Positions 37,857 through 47,322 of a stretch of DNA of 64,000 nt are shown here, one piece after another. Numbering within the stretch: the first letter of the stretch is position 1; each line of letters opens with the position of its first letter. The notes under the pieces are model-generated. The model was not told the DNA's origin, did no database searches, and saw only the letters and a list, made by a program, of their open reading frames with translations. The position numbers were made by a program, and so were the translations under genes. This DNA comes from Henriciella sp. (GTDB lineage Bacteria > Pseudomonadota > Alphaproteobacteria > Caulobacterales > Hyphomonadaceae): NCBI GenBank assembly GCA_965661195.1, contig CBFICP010000003.1, positions 27,526 to 91,525 on the forward strand, given 5' to 3'.

Positions 37857-40712
37857 TTATCCATAGGCACCGTAAAGATGGCTGACGGTCAGCGTGATGT
37901 TACGGAGAACCTCTTGTGTCGCTCGCAGCGGTTGAACGATTTCGCGATGGATCTGGCCATATCCATAGTCTTCTATTGGTTCTGACAGATCGCTCATTAC
38001 CTGATTATTCTCGCCAATGCCCTTAATCGGGAAGACCGTTTCCAGCGCCTCGATGGCGCCTGAAAGGTCACCAGAAAGCCCCATTTCGCGAATCTGGCTT
38101 ACCGTCAGCATATGTCGTTCAGAGATTGGCGGAATTTTCCCAAGTAACCGGAATGCTGTCATCAGCGCTGCAATACGTATGGCATGCAGCGCATGCATAT
38201 CGAGCCGGTTTTCGTGTCGGCTCTCGACAGATGGTGCATTGTCGAGCCGCGATAGGAGATGATCGAATTTGCGCAAATCTATCGATAGAATATTGGCGAC
38301 GCGGCTGACCGCCAGCGCTGTCGAGCCATCGCTCAGACTCTCCCAGACGCAATAGCACTCATGCTCATTTTCGTCGGTTGTATGACGGCTAAGCGCAACC
38401 CAGAAGTCGGGGCTGTAGAGTGTTCCATATGCCCGCAATACTGGAATACTGGTTTTGAGGCGGGCTTTGACGGCCAGTTCGATAAGCTTGCGCAAGCGTC
38501 TCGATGAATTGACCAGCTCAACCAGTGTTTCAAGCTCACGCCCGGCCGCGGCGCTGACGCCACCGGCAGTATTTATCGGTATCCCTAATTGCTGCAGGGT
38601 CGCATTGTGCGAGATCGCCCGAATGTTTCTGAGGCTAAAACTCGCCGCGGCACGCCGGCGCGGTCGCGAACCGGCCTTGACCAGAAATGAAGCGGGAAAG
38701 CCGCTAAGCAACCGGCCATAATCCTGATTTTCGAACAGATCTTCGTGCCACCGTCTGAGACCGCGATAAAAATCCCAAATGAAATCCTGTCGCGTGTAGA
38801 ATTCGTCTGCTTCGCCCGTGTCGGTATCGGGTAAATTGCTGAGAATGAAGTGCGCACAGGTTGATCGCGCCAGTGTTTCATTCTCAAAGTGCAAGTAGCC
38901 GTCGCCGCCTTGAAAGCTGACTTCGTGCAGGATACGTCGCCCGCTTTCTCGCGCATTGCTGCGTATCCACGGCGTTAAAAGGTGGTTGAAGCGGTCCTCG
39001 AAGGAATCCGGCCATGCGCCGCGCCCCATGGATTCGCCATGCGTGTTAAAGATGAGGAAATCAATATCGTCATCAAATGCGCTCAGTTCACGAAGGATCA
39101 AATTGTGGATACGTTCAATCGCAATATCGGCTGCGATCTGGCCGATAAATCGGCCCGCATCGGAGAAGCCTAATTGAACTGACAGTCTACCACGCTGTTT
39201 TACATAGGTCTGAAACTCTGTTTCTCGAAGCAGCCTCTGCATGAACCGGCCGCCGCTTTCGAGGGCATCCGGTGTTTCAAATAGTGGCGAGATATCAAGC
39301 GAGGCATCAATGCCATATTCCCGGGCCAGAGAAAGCACGCCCATAACAATAGCGGGGTTTTCGCTTTCGGCGATCAGGAAGCGGATTGGTGCGCCTTTGT
39401 CGATATGGTTTAAAATCTGGTAGCAGAGGATAACTTGCCGGCGTGCGGTTGCCTGCTCTCGCATCAGATCAGTGAAGCTGGGCTGTTTTTTCACCGGTCC
39501 GGCCGCTTTTTCCGCCAGTGAATTCAGTACTTCACGTCCGAGTGAAGCATCATTCATTTCAAAGCCCATATCGCGTTTGATGACGGCCCGAACTTGCGCC
39601 GCGTTTACGCGCAGATGGATATGTGCGGTGCCGAGTTGGAATGTCGACATTTCGGTTCGCAGACAAAGCGCCGCCGCTCTGGCATCATCGCTCAGTTTTG
39701 TATCAGCGATGAGCTCATCAACCCGCGCGATTGTCGCTTCCAGACACAGAATCCGATCGGGATTATCAGTTGTGAGTAGCGCCACAGCCGCCGCAAACTG
39801 TTCTTGGTCATTACTGTCGCAGCTAAACGCTTCTGCTTCTTTGCGGGTGAGGTCTTCGGCTCGTTGCAAATCATGCTGAAGAGCGCTTGTAGCCTTGATG
39901 CCCTGAAAAATATCAGTATCCAGCCGTTTGCAATACAAGGCTAGCTGGCTTGCTTTTTCGGCAAGACGCAAAGCAACTGATTGAGACCAGTGAATATCTG
40001 TCCGTCCATCCAGATCATAGCCGGTCCAAGACGCTAGCGTTGGAACGCGTGGGCGTAATTCGGTCCAGCGATCGGGAAATTTGCTGCGGGCAATGTCAAG
40101 CATTGCTTTAACGAAATCACGCAGCCCCTCATTGCCGCGCCGGATGGCGCTTTGGGCTTCATCATGCTCGCTGTAAAGCGTAATCTGGTCTTCCCAGAGC
40201 CGGCTGTCCTGCTGCAGCGCCTCTTTCAGTTTTTGTTGCGTCGTCGGATTGTTATCGGTCGCAAGACCAGCAATGGCCGAGCGTAAATTTGCAGGATGCG
40301 AAAAGGTCGGGTGGGCGGTGAAAACGATGCCGCCCTTGGCCGCGTCGACAAAATCTCGGAATGCTTCGAAACTTTCGTTTGATAGATCATCCAGTTTAGC
40401 CAGAAGTTTCGGCCATGACTGGCTTGCTTCATGACCGATGCCGTGTTGCCGGGCAATGGCTGCGGCACGGTTGCTGGCCGTCATAAAGTGGATATCGTCG
40501 ATGACACCAGTCAGCTTGGTAAGGTCAGGTTCGCCAGACATGTTGATCTGATCGAAAATTTGCCGAGCCAGCGAAAAAACGGAATTGGTCTGCGGGTCTG
40601 ACTTGCCATTATCTGCAAACGCGCGCAGCGCGTCCTGAAGCGTTTTATGGTCGGCGGAGGTGGCAGTAAGCGTATCTGTCATCAAAAAAATATCACCAAG
40701 GTTTGATCCCAT
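37857..40712 (-). CDS. Phosphoenolpyruvate carboxylase-like protein, divergent motifs
   Basis: 951 aa, colinear with bacterial PEPC blocks: IVFTAHPTFS, SWTGYDLDGRT, ISPLFETPDAL, VQLGFSDAGRF, FNTHGESMGRGA. Several canonical residues are changed (see findings). An alternative start is ATG 40682. Confidence 0.7.
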   Translation of the reverse strand: MGSNLGDIFLMTDTLTATSADHKTLQDALRAFADNGKSDPQTNSVFSLARQIFDQINMSGEPDLTKLTGVIDDIHFMTASNRAAAIARQHGIGHEASQSWPKLLAKLDDLSNESFEAFRDFVDAAKGGIVFTAHPTFSHPANLRSAIAGLATDNNPTTQQKLKEALQQDSRLWEDQITLYSEHDEAQSAIRRGNEGLRDFVKAMLDIARSKFPDRWTELRPRVPTLASWTGYDLDGRTDIHWSQSVALRLAEKASQLALYCKRLDTDIFQGIKATSALQHDLQRAEDLTRKEAEAFSCDSNDQEQFAAAVALLTTDNPDRILCLEATIARVDELIADTKLSDDARAAALCLRTEMSTFQLGTAHIHLRVNAAQVRAVIKRDMGFEMNDASLGREVLNSLAEKAAGPVKKQPSFTDLMREQATARRQVILCYQILNHIDKGAPIRFLIAESENPAIVMGVLSLAREYGIDASLDISPLFETPDALESGGRFMQRLLRETEFQTYVKQRGRLSVQLGFSDAGRFIGQIAADIAIERIHNLILRELSAFDDDIDFLIFNTHGESMGRGAWPDSFEDRFNHLLTPWIRSNARESGRRILHEVSFQGGDGYLHFENETLARSTCAHFILSNLPDTDTGEADEFYTRQDFIWDFYRGLRRWHEDLFENQDYGRLLSGFPASFLVKAGSRPRRRAAASFSLRNIRAISHNATLQQLGIPINTAGGVSAAAGRELETLVELVNSSRRLRKLIELAVKARLKTSIPVLRAYGTLYSPDFWVALSRHTTDENEHECYCVWESLSDGSTALAVSRVANILSIDLRKFDHLLSRLDNAPSVESRHENRLDMHALHAIRIAALMTAFRLLGKIPPISERHMLTVSQIREMGLSGDLSGAIEALETVFPIKGIGENNQVMSDLSEPIEDYGYGQIHREIVQPLRATQEVLRNITLTVSHLYGAYG

Positions 40713-40978
40713 CGTTCGCGTTCTTTAGTCTCCGAAAGCGATCAACGTAACCGTTTTTTGTGGATAACAGCTATGAGGACTGTCTGATGGTATGAAATAT
40801 CTGCGTTTCAACCAGGAATATTGCTGAAATGCACGGTTTCGAGGCGCGCGCTTAATATCGGCGCGATGCTGCGAGGCATGCGGTTTGGCCAGGGCGGCCC
40901 GGCATACGATAGGTCTTGGACGTCAGCGAAGACTCTGGTTTGCCAAAGTGCTGAGGGCGTGAGGTGTTTTCGCGGAGG

Positions 40979-42118
40979 TTACACGTCCCATGCTTCAAGA
41001 TGATTTTTTCGAATGACCCGACGCGAGCTCCGAAGCTCGAGAATTTCGGCAAGATTTGTCTCCGAAAGCAGCGCACGAACCGACGCCTGTTCGTCAACCT
41101 TCAAACCGTCAAATGAATCGTGCAGGCGCTGAAGAAGATAGGTCCTATAGGGCATGACGGCCGTTTTTACGGTGTGTCCGCGCCAGTTGAATTCGGCCAT
41201 GCCAATGCCGCGTCCGAGCGATGTGGGAGCTAGCTTCGAATCGGTCTGTTCGCCTAACCATTGATTTGTGAAAGCCACATGAGCGCTTATTTCAGGCAAA
41301 TAGTCCTCAGCGATGAAACGCATCAAGGCTTTCAGCGTCTCGGGGATGACGTTGCCGTCAAACAGGACATCGCCCGACTTTAGCATGCGCTCGTCAATAA
41401 CATGTTCGGGCGCATTCATGCGCTCAGTCCAGCGATACACACGTGGCGCAGTGGTTTGCATAAGGTGGAGTGGCTTGGGATCACGGGCAAGATGCGCATA
41501 TAGCGGGCTAAACAGGCCATAATCGCCGATCGTCGGACAACCACCTAGCAAGAATGGCCGGTCTTCGAGGTGGGCCTCGAACAAGGACAGGAACTCGGCA
41601 TAACTGTCTTCAACAGTCTGATAGGTTTCAGGGGTAACACCAAAATTAATGGCGGCTTTGCGCATACGACCGCTGGCATGCATGAAAACAGGTTCTCTTT
41701 CTTCCTTGGTCAGCCCATTCGGCAGCACGTCTTCGAATGTGTGCTGCAGGAATTTCAGATTGGTCTCGTCGAAATTCCAGCGATAATGCATGGCCGCGCG
41801 CAGCATGCCTTCACTGCCAAAAAGTTCGAAGAGGTAGGCTATGGTTTTAAGGCGTGGATCCTCAGGATAAATTGATTGTGTCGAATAGCCCTTGGCTTCG
41901 AAATGATCCAGAATATCGGTGCCATCCTGCACAAAATCGCCATCTGGCGTTTCGATGACCGGAATGATCCAGCGTCCGACCGCTTCCCTAACCACAGTAT
42001 TGAAGCGTTCGCCGCCAGCTTTTTCTTCAATGAAAGGGATCTGGTTCCGACGCATATAAGCCCGAACTTTACCGGTGTAGAGGGATGCGGCCATGCCGTA
42101 GAGTTTATATTCTGTCAT
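40979..42118 (-). CDS. Glutathione S-transferase-like protein (long, 379 aa)
   Basis: N-terminal thioredoxin-like GST_N fold (YKLYGMAASLYTGKVRAYMRRNQIPFIEE...IPVIETPDGDFVQDGTDILDHFE) followed by a long helical region. The start overlaps the upstream stop (ATGA at 42115-42118). Confidence 0.65.
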   Translation of the reverse strand: MTEYKLYGMAASLYTGKVRAYMRRNQIPFIEEKAGGERFNTVVREAVGRWIIPVIETPDGDFVQDGTDILDHFEAKGYSTQSIYPEDPRLKTIAYLFELFGSEGMLRAAMHYRWNFDETNLKFLQHTFEDVLPNGLTKEEREPVFMHASGRMRKAAINFGVTPETYQTVEDSYAEFLSLFEAHLEDRPFLLGGCPTIGDYGLFSPLYAHLARDPKPLHLMQTTAPRVYRWTERMNAPEHVIDERMLKSGDVLFDGNVIPETLKALMRFIAEDYLPEISAHVAFTNQWLGEQTDSKLAPTSLGRGIGMAEFNWRGHTVKTAVMPYRTYLLQRLHDSFDGLKVDEQASVRALLSETNLAEILELRSSRRVIRKNHLEAWDV

Positions 42119-42744
42119 TTATCTGCTCTTAAATCTGGTAGCGAAACAGGCCCCTGGAAACCTCGTATGCCGGTTTTATGAAACCAGAAATAGGCTTGGG
42201 TTGGACTGGGTAATTCGACGAGCCAGGGCTGATCGAGCGTGACCTCGCGGCAGACTGCGTCGGGCGGGAAGCAAATCAGACTATCGCTGTCGGGGTGGCC
42301 AATAACTTCGACGAAATGCTGATCGCCGCGTGTCATGAGCTTCACCGATCTGCCGGCTTTGAAGCCCAGCGTATGCGCCTTTTTAACGCGAATTTGAATG
42401 GCTTGTTCCGGCGCTTCAGGCGGGCGTATTTTTTCTGGTATCGCAACTTTCAGGCAAAGATGGCCTGCAATCATTTTGACTTGAACGGGTTGCGCAACGT
42501 CTTCGGGCGCGTGGCGGAAACCCGCCGCATCCATTGCCGGTCCGCCAATAAACGTTTTTTGATAGGGCGGGTCCGGCTTCCAATTATCAAAATCCCCCTG
42601 ACTGACGGAGCTAACGCTCATCCATGTTTCGCGGCTGACTGGATCCAACGCTTCCATGTATAAGCCTTCGCCCTGAATAATAAGCCCCGTGTCCGGCAAG
42701 CTGTTTTCCAGGATCGCTTTAATGTCCGGCTCGGCGTTTGCCAT
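42115..42744 (-). CDS. Hypothetical protein, no family recognised
   Basis: ORF translationally coupled on both sides. The likely start is ATG 42744 (MANAEPDIK), immediately after the upstream stop at 42746; the track ORF extends to 42804. Confidence 0.5.
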   Translation of the reverse strand: MANAEPDIKAILENSLPDTGLIIQGEGLYMEALDPVSRETWMSVSSVSQGDFDNWKPDPPYQKTFIGGPAMDAAGFRHAPEDVAQPVQVKMIAGHLCLKVAIPEKIRPPEAPEQAIQIRVKKAHTLGFKAGRSVKLMTRGDQHFVEVIGHPDSDSLICFPPDAVCREVTLDQPWLVELPSPTQAYFWFHKTGIRGFQGPVSLPDLRADK

Positions 42745-42745
42745 T

Positions 42746-43216
42746 TTATTCACCGCTGGTTCTCCTTGCCGGAATGAGGCTGAACACCAGCATAATAATT
42801 GCAATGACTAGCAGTGGTAGATTGCTGGCCGCGCCGGGTGCCGTCGATACAGTTTCAACTGGTTTGAAGTGACCGACTGCCATCCGCCCGATCATTTCCA
42901 GACTGAATATCAGATAGAAAAGCGGTATCAACGACCGGTACCGCAATAGCGTCAGGACAAATAGTCCGGTCAGCAGAAGCTGGGACAGTCCCCATTGGCT
43001 GAAGATCGCAATAATGTTGGCCGCCGCACCGTCGGAGTACTGATCGAGCGGGATTGTCGCAATGCTTTGGGCGCCGCCATCTGGGGCTAGAAGATGCATG
43101 TTGCTTCTGAAAATCAGCATCAGTGTGATTGGAATGAAAACGTACAGGGCAATTTTCTGCCCACGGAACACATTGTCGGCGGGCGCCGGAAATAATCGCT
43201 TAAGGAGGTATCTCAT
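42746..43216 (-). CDS. Hypothetical small membrane protein (about 4 TM helices)
   Basis: 156-aa hydrophobic ORF, first gene of a three-gene minus-strand operon. Confidence 0.5.
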   Translation of the reverse strand: MRYLLKRLFPAPADNVFRGQKIALYVFIPITLMLIFRSNMHLLAPDGGAQSIATIPLDQYSDGAAANIIAIFSQWGLSQLLLTGLFVLTLLRYRSLIPLFYLIFSLEMIGRMAVGHFKPVETVSTAPGAASNLPLLVIAIIMLVFSLIPARRTSGE

Positions 43217-43247
43217 GCCATTTCGCTTTTCGATTCATTTTCTATTG

Positions 43248-43270
43248 TAATGGCACTTGAATTGCCATTA
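43248..43270. promoter_or_regulatory. Inverted repeat TAATGGCA-N7-TGCCATTA in a divergent promoter region
   Basis: Perfect 8-bp arms read directly. It lies between the divergent operons starting at 43216 (-) and 43424 (+). Confidence 0.3.
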
Positions 43271-43423
43271 AATAAGGTCCAGTGCAAGTCGATTTGAAAA
43301 TTCGACATTATAATACGTGACTGGATGAGGCGGTTGAACGAAAACTCTCAGCGTCACCCGTTTTGGGTGCACTGTGACTGACCGATTTCAAACTGTACGA
43401 ATGATTAGCGAAGGTTAAGCGGC

Positions 43424-44368
43424 ATGGATATTCTGAGAACACCAGATGACAGATTTGAGGGTTTGAAAGATTATCCTTTTGCCCCTCAATATGCTGATAT
43501 CCCGGATTTTTCCGGTGGGTCTCTGCGTATGCATTATGTCGATGAAGGACCACGGGATGGGGCGCCGGTAGTGATGATTCATGGGAATCCCACCTGGTCA
43601 TATATGTGGCGAAAATTGATACCGGTTCTGGCCGATGCCGGTTATCGCACAATTGCCGTCGACATGGTTGGAATGGGGCGGTCCGACAAGCCCAGCGCGA
43701 TTGATGACTATTCAATTGCGAGGCATGAGAAATGGCTGGAAGCGTGTTTGATCGAGGCGCTCGATCTGCGGGACGCGCACTTCATTCTGCATGACTGGGG
43801 CGGAATTACGGGTTTGCGCCTCATCGCCAATCACCAAGATAGAGTAGCCAGTGTAATATATTCCAATACCGGCTTTCCAACCTGGGAGCCTGGCAAAGAG
43901 ATTAGCAAGATGATCCGGCCCGGAACTGACTTTTTAAGAGCGTTCCAGAACATTATTCGCAGCACTGAAGACTGGCCGCACTGGGAAACCTTGGTGCAAC
44001 AGCTATTGACCGATCCAGATGATGCGGTGAAGGCCGGTTTTGCTGCGCCATGTCCGGAGCCGGCTTATGTCGTCGGCAATCGCGCATTCGCGTTGAATTT
44101 GCCGACCCGTAACGATAATCCGATGCTGGAAGATAATTGGCGGGCGCTCGAAAAGCTCAAATCCTTCCAGAAGCCGTTTCAGTGCATTTACTCCGACAAA
44201 GACCAGGTTGCCCCGACAGGGTACCAATCGGTGCGGCCATATATTCCGGGTGCGGCGGAGCGCGAGGAAATCATCTTGAAAGGCGGGGGCCATTTTCTGC
44301 TGGAAGATATTCCCGACGCATATATCGCGGAAGTTATCAAATTTCTGTCAGACATATCGGGGGCGTGA
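43424..44368 (+). CDS. Haloalkane dehalogenase (HLD-I, DhlA-like alpha/beta hydrolase)
   Basis: The N-terminus LRTPDDRFEGLKDYPFAPQYADIP...MHYVDEG...HGNPTWSYMWRKLIPVLADAGYR closely parallels DhlA. Nucleophile elbow HDWGG (Asp-Trp), SDKD acid region and GGGHFLLED histidine are present. Confidence 0.82.
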   Translation: MDILRTPDDRFEGLKDYPFAPQYADIPDFSGGSLRMHYVDEGPRDGAPVVMIHGNPTWSYMWRKLIPVLADAGYRTIAVDMVGMGRSDKPSAIDDYSIARHEKWLEACLIEALDLRDAHFILHDWGGITGLRLIANHQDRVASVIYSNTGFPTWEPGKEISKMIRPGTDFLRAFQNIIRSTEDWPHWETLVQQLLTDPDDAVKAGFAAPCPEPAYVVGNRAFALNLPTRNDNPMLEDNWRALEKLKSFQKPFQCIYSDKDQVAPTGYQSVRPYIPGAAEREEIILKGGGHFLLEDIPDAYIAEVIKFLSDISGA

Positions 44369-45690
44369 TGTCGATCCGCGAGTTTATTAAGCGCAAAATC
44401 ATGAGTCATATGGTCGGGTTGGAGCGGCGTGACCGTTTGCGTGTGAAAGCCGAACGACAGCGTCAGCGTCGGAAAGCCCCGCATATTGTCGAATATTTTC
44501 ACGAGGCCGGAGATCCCTATTCAAATTTGATGGTGCAATTGCTTCCGATATTTTGTGAGCGCTATGAAATTGAACTTACGGTTCATCTTGTCTCGCCGCC
44601 ATCGGATCAGGCCGCCCCTGACCGTTCGCGATTAGTCGCCTATGGCCGACAGGATGCTGCCCGGCTGGCGACGAAAATCGGTTTGTCGTTCGAGGATGCA
44701 GGCCGCCAGCCGTCGCTGTTAAAGAAAGCAGCGGCCATTGATGGGTTAAAAAAGGCGATTAATAGCGCGGAGTTCCTGCAACGCGCCCCAGAAATCGAGA
44801 GAGAGCTGTGGACGAACGACGATTCTGGCGCGGCGGTCGCGCCGCCCGAAATCAGTAGATTTGTTCTCGCCGGTGATGCCCGACGCGAGACACTTGGCCA
44901 CTATTTGGGGGGCACGCTTTATTATGCCGGCGAGTGGTATTGGGGACCTGACCGGCTTCATTATCTTGAGGCGCGCTTAAGCGATCTCGGCGCAAAACGA
45001 GATAAGCAGGAGAATCGGCTGATATTCCCGCCTCCGGCCAACCCGTCAGCTATCGTGTCGAAGGGCGCCGGAATGTCGGATGTGTCAAAGGGTGAAGCTC
45101 AGCAGACGGCCCGCCCGGAGCTGCATTGGTATCTATCTTTTCGGAGCCCCTATACAGGTATTGTCGCGGCTCGCGTGAAGGCGCTTGCAGACGCCTATAA
45201 TGCCGAGCTTAAAATCAGATTTGTGCTGCCAATGGTCATGCGGGGGCTGAGTGTTCCGGCGAGTAAGGGCCTCTACATTACAAAAGATGTTGCGCGAGAG
45301 GCCGACCGTCTCGGGGTGCCATTTGGGAATATTTCGGATCCAGTGGGAGCGCCCGTCGAGCGCGGCTATGCTGTTCTGTACGCGGCCATTGCACAGGGGC
45401 GGGGATATCAATTCGCGAAATCCTTCCTCGAGGGTGTCTGGGCAGAGGGCATAAATGCTGGAACTGATAAGGGCCTTAGGCGACTAACCGAGCGGGCCGG
45501 ACTGGACTGGAGCGAAATGAGGCGGGTCATTGGAACCGATGACTGGCGCGCCGTTGAGGCGCTCAATCAACAGGAATTGCTCGACTATGGACTTTGGGGT
45601 GTCCCGAGTTTTCGTGTCGATGAAACGGCAGCATGGGGGCAGGACCGTCTTTGGGTGATTGAAGACAGACTGCGTCAGATTAGAAAATAG
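44368..45690 (+). CDS. Tandem DsbA-like / 2-hydroxychromene-2-carboxylate isomerase family protein
   Basis: Two thioredoxin-like halves each carry the family motif at the DsbA CxxC position (EAGDPYSNL; FRSPYTGI). The C-terminus has GLWGVPSF. ATG 44368 overlaps the dehalogenase stop (GTGATG). Confidence 0.72.
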   Translation: MSIREFIKRKIMSHMVGLERRDRLRVKAERQRQRRKAPHIVEYFHEAGDPYSNLMVQLLPIFCERYEIELTVHLVSPPSDQAAPDRSRLVAYGRQDAARLATKIGLSFEDAGRQPSLLKKAAAIDGLKKAINSAEFLQRAPEIERELWTNDDSGAAVAPPEISRFVLAGDARRETLGHYLGGTLYYAGEWYWGPDRLHYLEARLSDLGAKRDKQENRLIFPPPANPSAIVSKGAGMSDVSKGEAQQTARPELHWYLSFRSPYTGIVAARVKALADAYNAELKIRFVLPMVMRGLSVPASKGLYITKDVAREADRLGVPFGNISDPVGAPVERGYAVLYAAIAQGRGYQFAKSFLEGVWAEGINAGTDKGLRRLTERAGLDWSEMRRVIGTDDWRAVEALNQQELLDYGLWGVPSFRVDETAAWGQDRLWVIEDRLRQIRK

Positions 45691-45700
45691 GTAGTGCGAT

Positions 45701-46162
45701 ATGGAATATAAAAATGAAGTGATGCCAACCACGCCAGAGCGGGTTCAGGAGATGATGAAACGCGGTCCCGATGGACCGATATTCATGGTCAACCTGCTCA
45801 AGTTCAAAGATAAAGCGGAATATCAGGATGGCCGGGAGACGGATCTGAGCGGACGGGATGCCTATGCGATATATGGTGAGGCCGTTACCCAGATACTTCC
45901 AAAATTTGGGGGGCGACTCTTTTTTGCCGCCGATACGACATTTCTGGCTTTAGGTCAGGTCGAAGAATTTTGGGATGAAGTTGCAATCGCGGTTTATCCG
46001 GATCGCCGCGCAATGCTGGCAATGTCATCTTCGGAAGAATGGCAGGCTGCCAGCGTGCATCGTACAGCGGGATTGTCAGGGCAGTTGAATATTGAAACTG
46101 TTTTGCAGGCGGGCAGTAAATCACAGCCATGGATTGAGGTGTTACTGAAGGAGATGGGGTGA
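45701..46162 (+). CDS. DUF1330 domain protein
   Basis: Dimeric alpha-beta-barrel-like pattern (IFMVNLLKFKDKAEY...YGEAVTQILPKFGGRL...DEVAIAVYPDRRAMLAM). Confidence 0.72.
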   Translation: MEYKNEVMPTTPERVQEMMKRGPDGPIFMVNLLKFKDKAEYQDGRETDLSGRDAYAIYGEAVTQILPKFGGRLFFAADTTFLALGQVEEFWDEVAIAVYPDRRAMLAMSSSEEWQAASVHRTAGLSGQLNIETVLQAGSKSQPWIEVLLKEMG

Positions 46163-47253
46163 TGGCATGGTTCAAGCGAATTTCGATTGCTGGTCTGGTA
46201 CTGGCGGTTGTGGTCATATGCGGATTCAATCTGTTTAAACTTCAGATTACAGAGCGTATTTTTAACCGCGCCATTGAGCAGGCGGTCGGTGTTGACCGGA
46301 GCGCATACCTGCCGGACGGTTTGCACATCTATCTTTGTGGCACGGGTTCTCCAATGCCGGATGCGTCGCGAGCGGGGCCATGCATGGCCGTTCTGGCTGG
46401 ACAGCGGGCCTATGTATTTGACGTTGGCTCTGGCGGAACCCGAAATCTTGGGGCTATGGGATTTCCGCTTAATCGACTTGAGAGCATTTATCTGACGCAT
46501 TTGCACTCCGACCACATTGATGGAATGGGAGAGCTGCTCATGCTGTCCTGGATCGCAGGCAATCGATCCCAGCCAACGCCGGTTCTTGGGCCTGTGGGGA
46601 CAGCAGAAGTGGTTGACGGGTTTAATATGGCCTATCGGCTCGACAGCACCTACCGGGTTGCCCATCACGGCCCCGATATCGCCAATCCTGATGGCTTTGG
46701 CGGGGCTGCAGAAGAAATTAGTATTCCGGTCGGCCCTCAAGGCCAATTGGTTGTGCTAGATGACGGTGACTTGAAAATTACCGCTATCCGCGTTTCACAT
46801 GCGCCGATCGAGCCGGCATTCGGCTATCGGATAGACTATAAGGATCGGTCGATTTCGATTAGCGGCGATACCGTTTACGAGCCTCGATTTGTTGCGGCTT
46901 CGGAAGGCGTCGAGCTAATGTTGCATGAAGCGTTGAATAAAAAGATGGTTCAAACGATTGGCCGCAAGCTGGGTGAGACTGGTCAAACTAACAATGCGAT
47001 GATTTTTGACGACATTCTGGATTATCATACTGATCCGGTCGAAGCTGCCAGGGCTGCCCAGGAAGCCGGCGTCAATCATCTTGTTTATTATCATATCGTA
47101 CCGCAATTGCCGGTCCGTATGCTCGAGACCTTATTTGTTGGCGAGTCGCGATCAGTATTTGATGGCAAGATCACGGTCGGGCGAGATGGGATGCTTATCT
47201 CGCTGCCGGCGGGGGACGACAAGATTAATATTCTCGAAGATCAGATGGGCTGA
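46159..47253 (+). CDS. MBL-fold metallo-hydrolase (RNase Z-like) with N-terminal membrane anchor
   Basis: HxHxDH motif THLHSDHIDG, a later His/Asp set (ISGDT, HEAL..., YYHIVP) and an N-terminal TM helix. The start overlaps the DUF1330 stop (GTGATG). Confidence 0.8.
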   Translation: MMAWFKRISIAGLVLAVVVICGFNLFKLQITERIFNRAIEQAVGVDRSAYLPDGLHIYLCGTGSPMPDASRAGPCMAVLAGQRAYVFDVGSGGTRNLGAMGFPLNRLESIYLTHLHSDHIDGMGELLMLSWIAGNRSQPTPVLGPVGTAEVVDGFNMAYRLDSTYRVAHHGPDIANPDGFGGAAEEISIPVGPQGQLVVLDDGDLKITAIRVSHAPIEPAFGYRIDYKDRSISISGDTVYEPRFVAASEGVELMLHEALNKKMVQTIGRKLGETGQTNNAMIFDDILDYHTDPVEAARAAQEAGVNHLVYYHIVPQLPVRMLETLFVGESRSVFDGKITVGRDGMLISLPAGDDKINILEDQMG

Positions 47254-47322
47254 ACCGGATCTTTTCTCGGTTTTAACGGCACCGGTAATAACAGTGAGAC
47301 ATAATTTATTGGGGTAAAGCAA

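Noticed and set aside
45994-46746. A 250-aa minus-strand ORF, the longest unexplained ORF in the track.
   Set aside because: It lies entirely antisense to the DUF1330 and MBL hydrolase genes, both of which have clear family motifs. Its translation is rich in R/N/C/H/S with no recognisable fold pattern. This is a typical shadow ORF.
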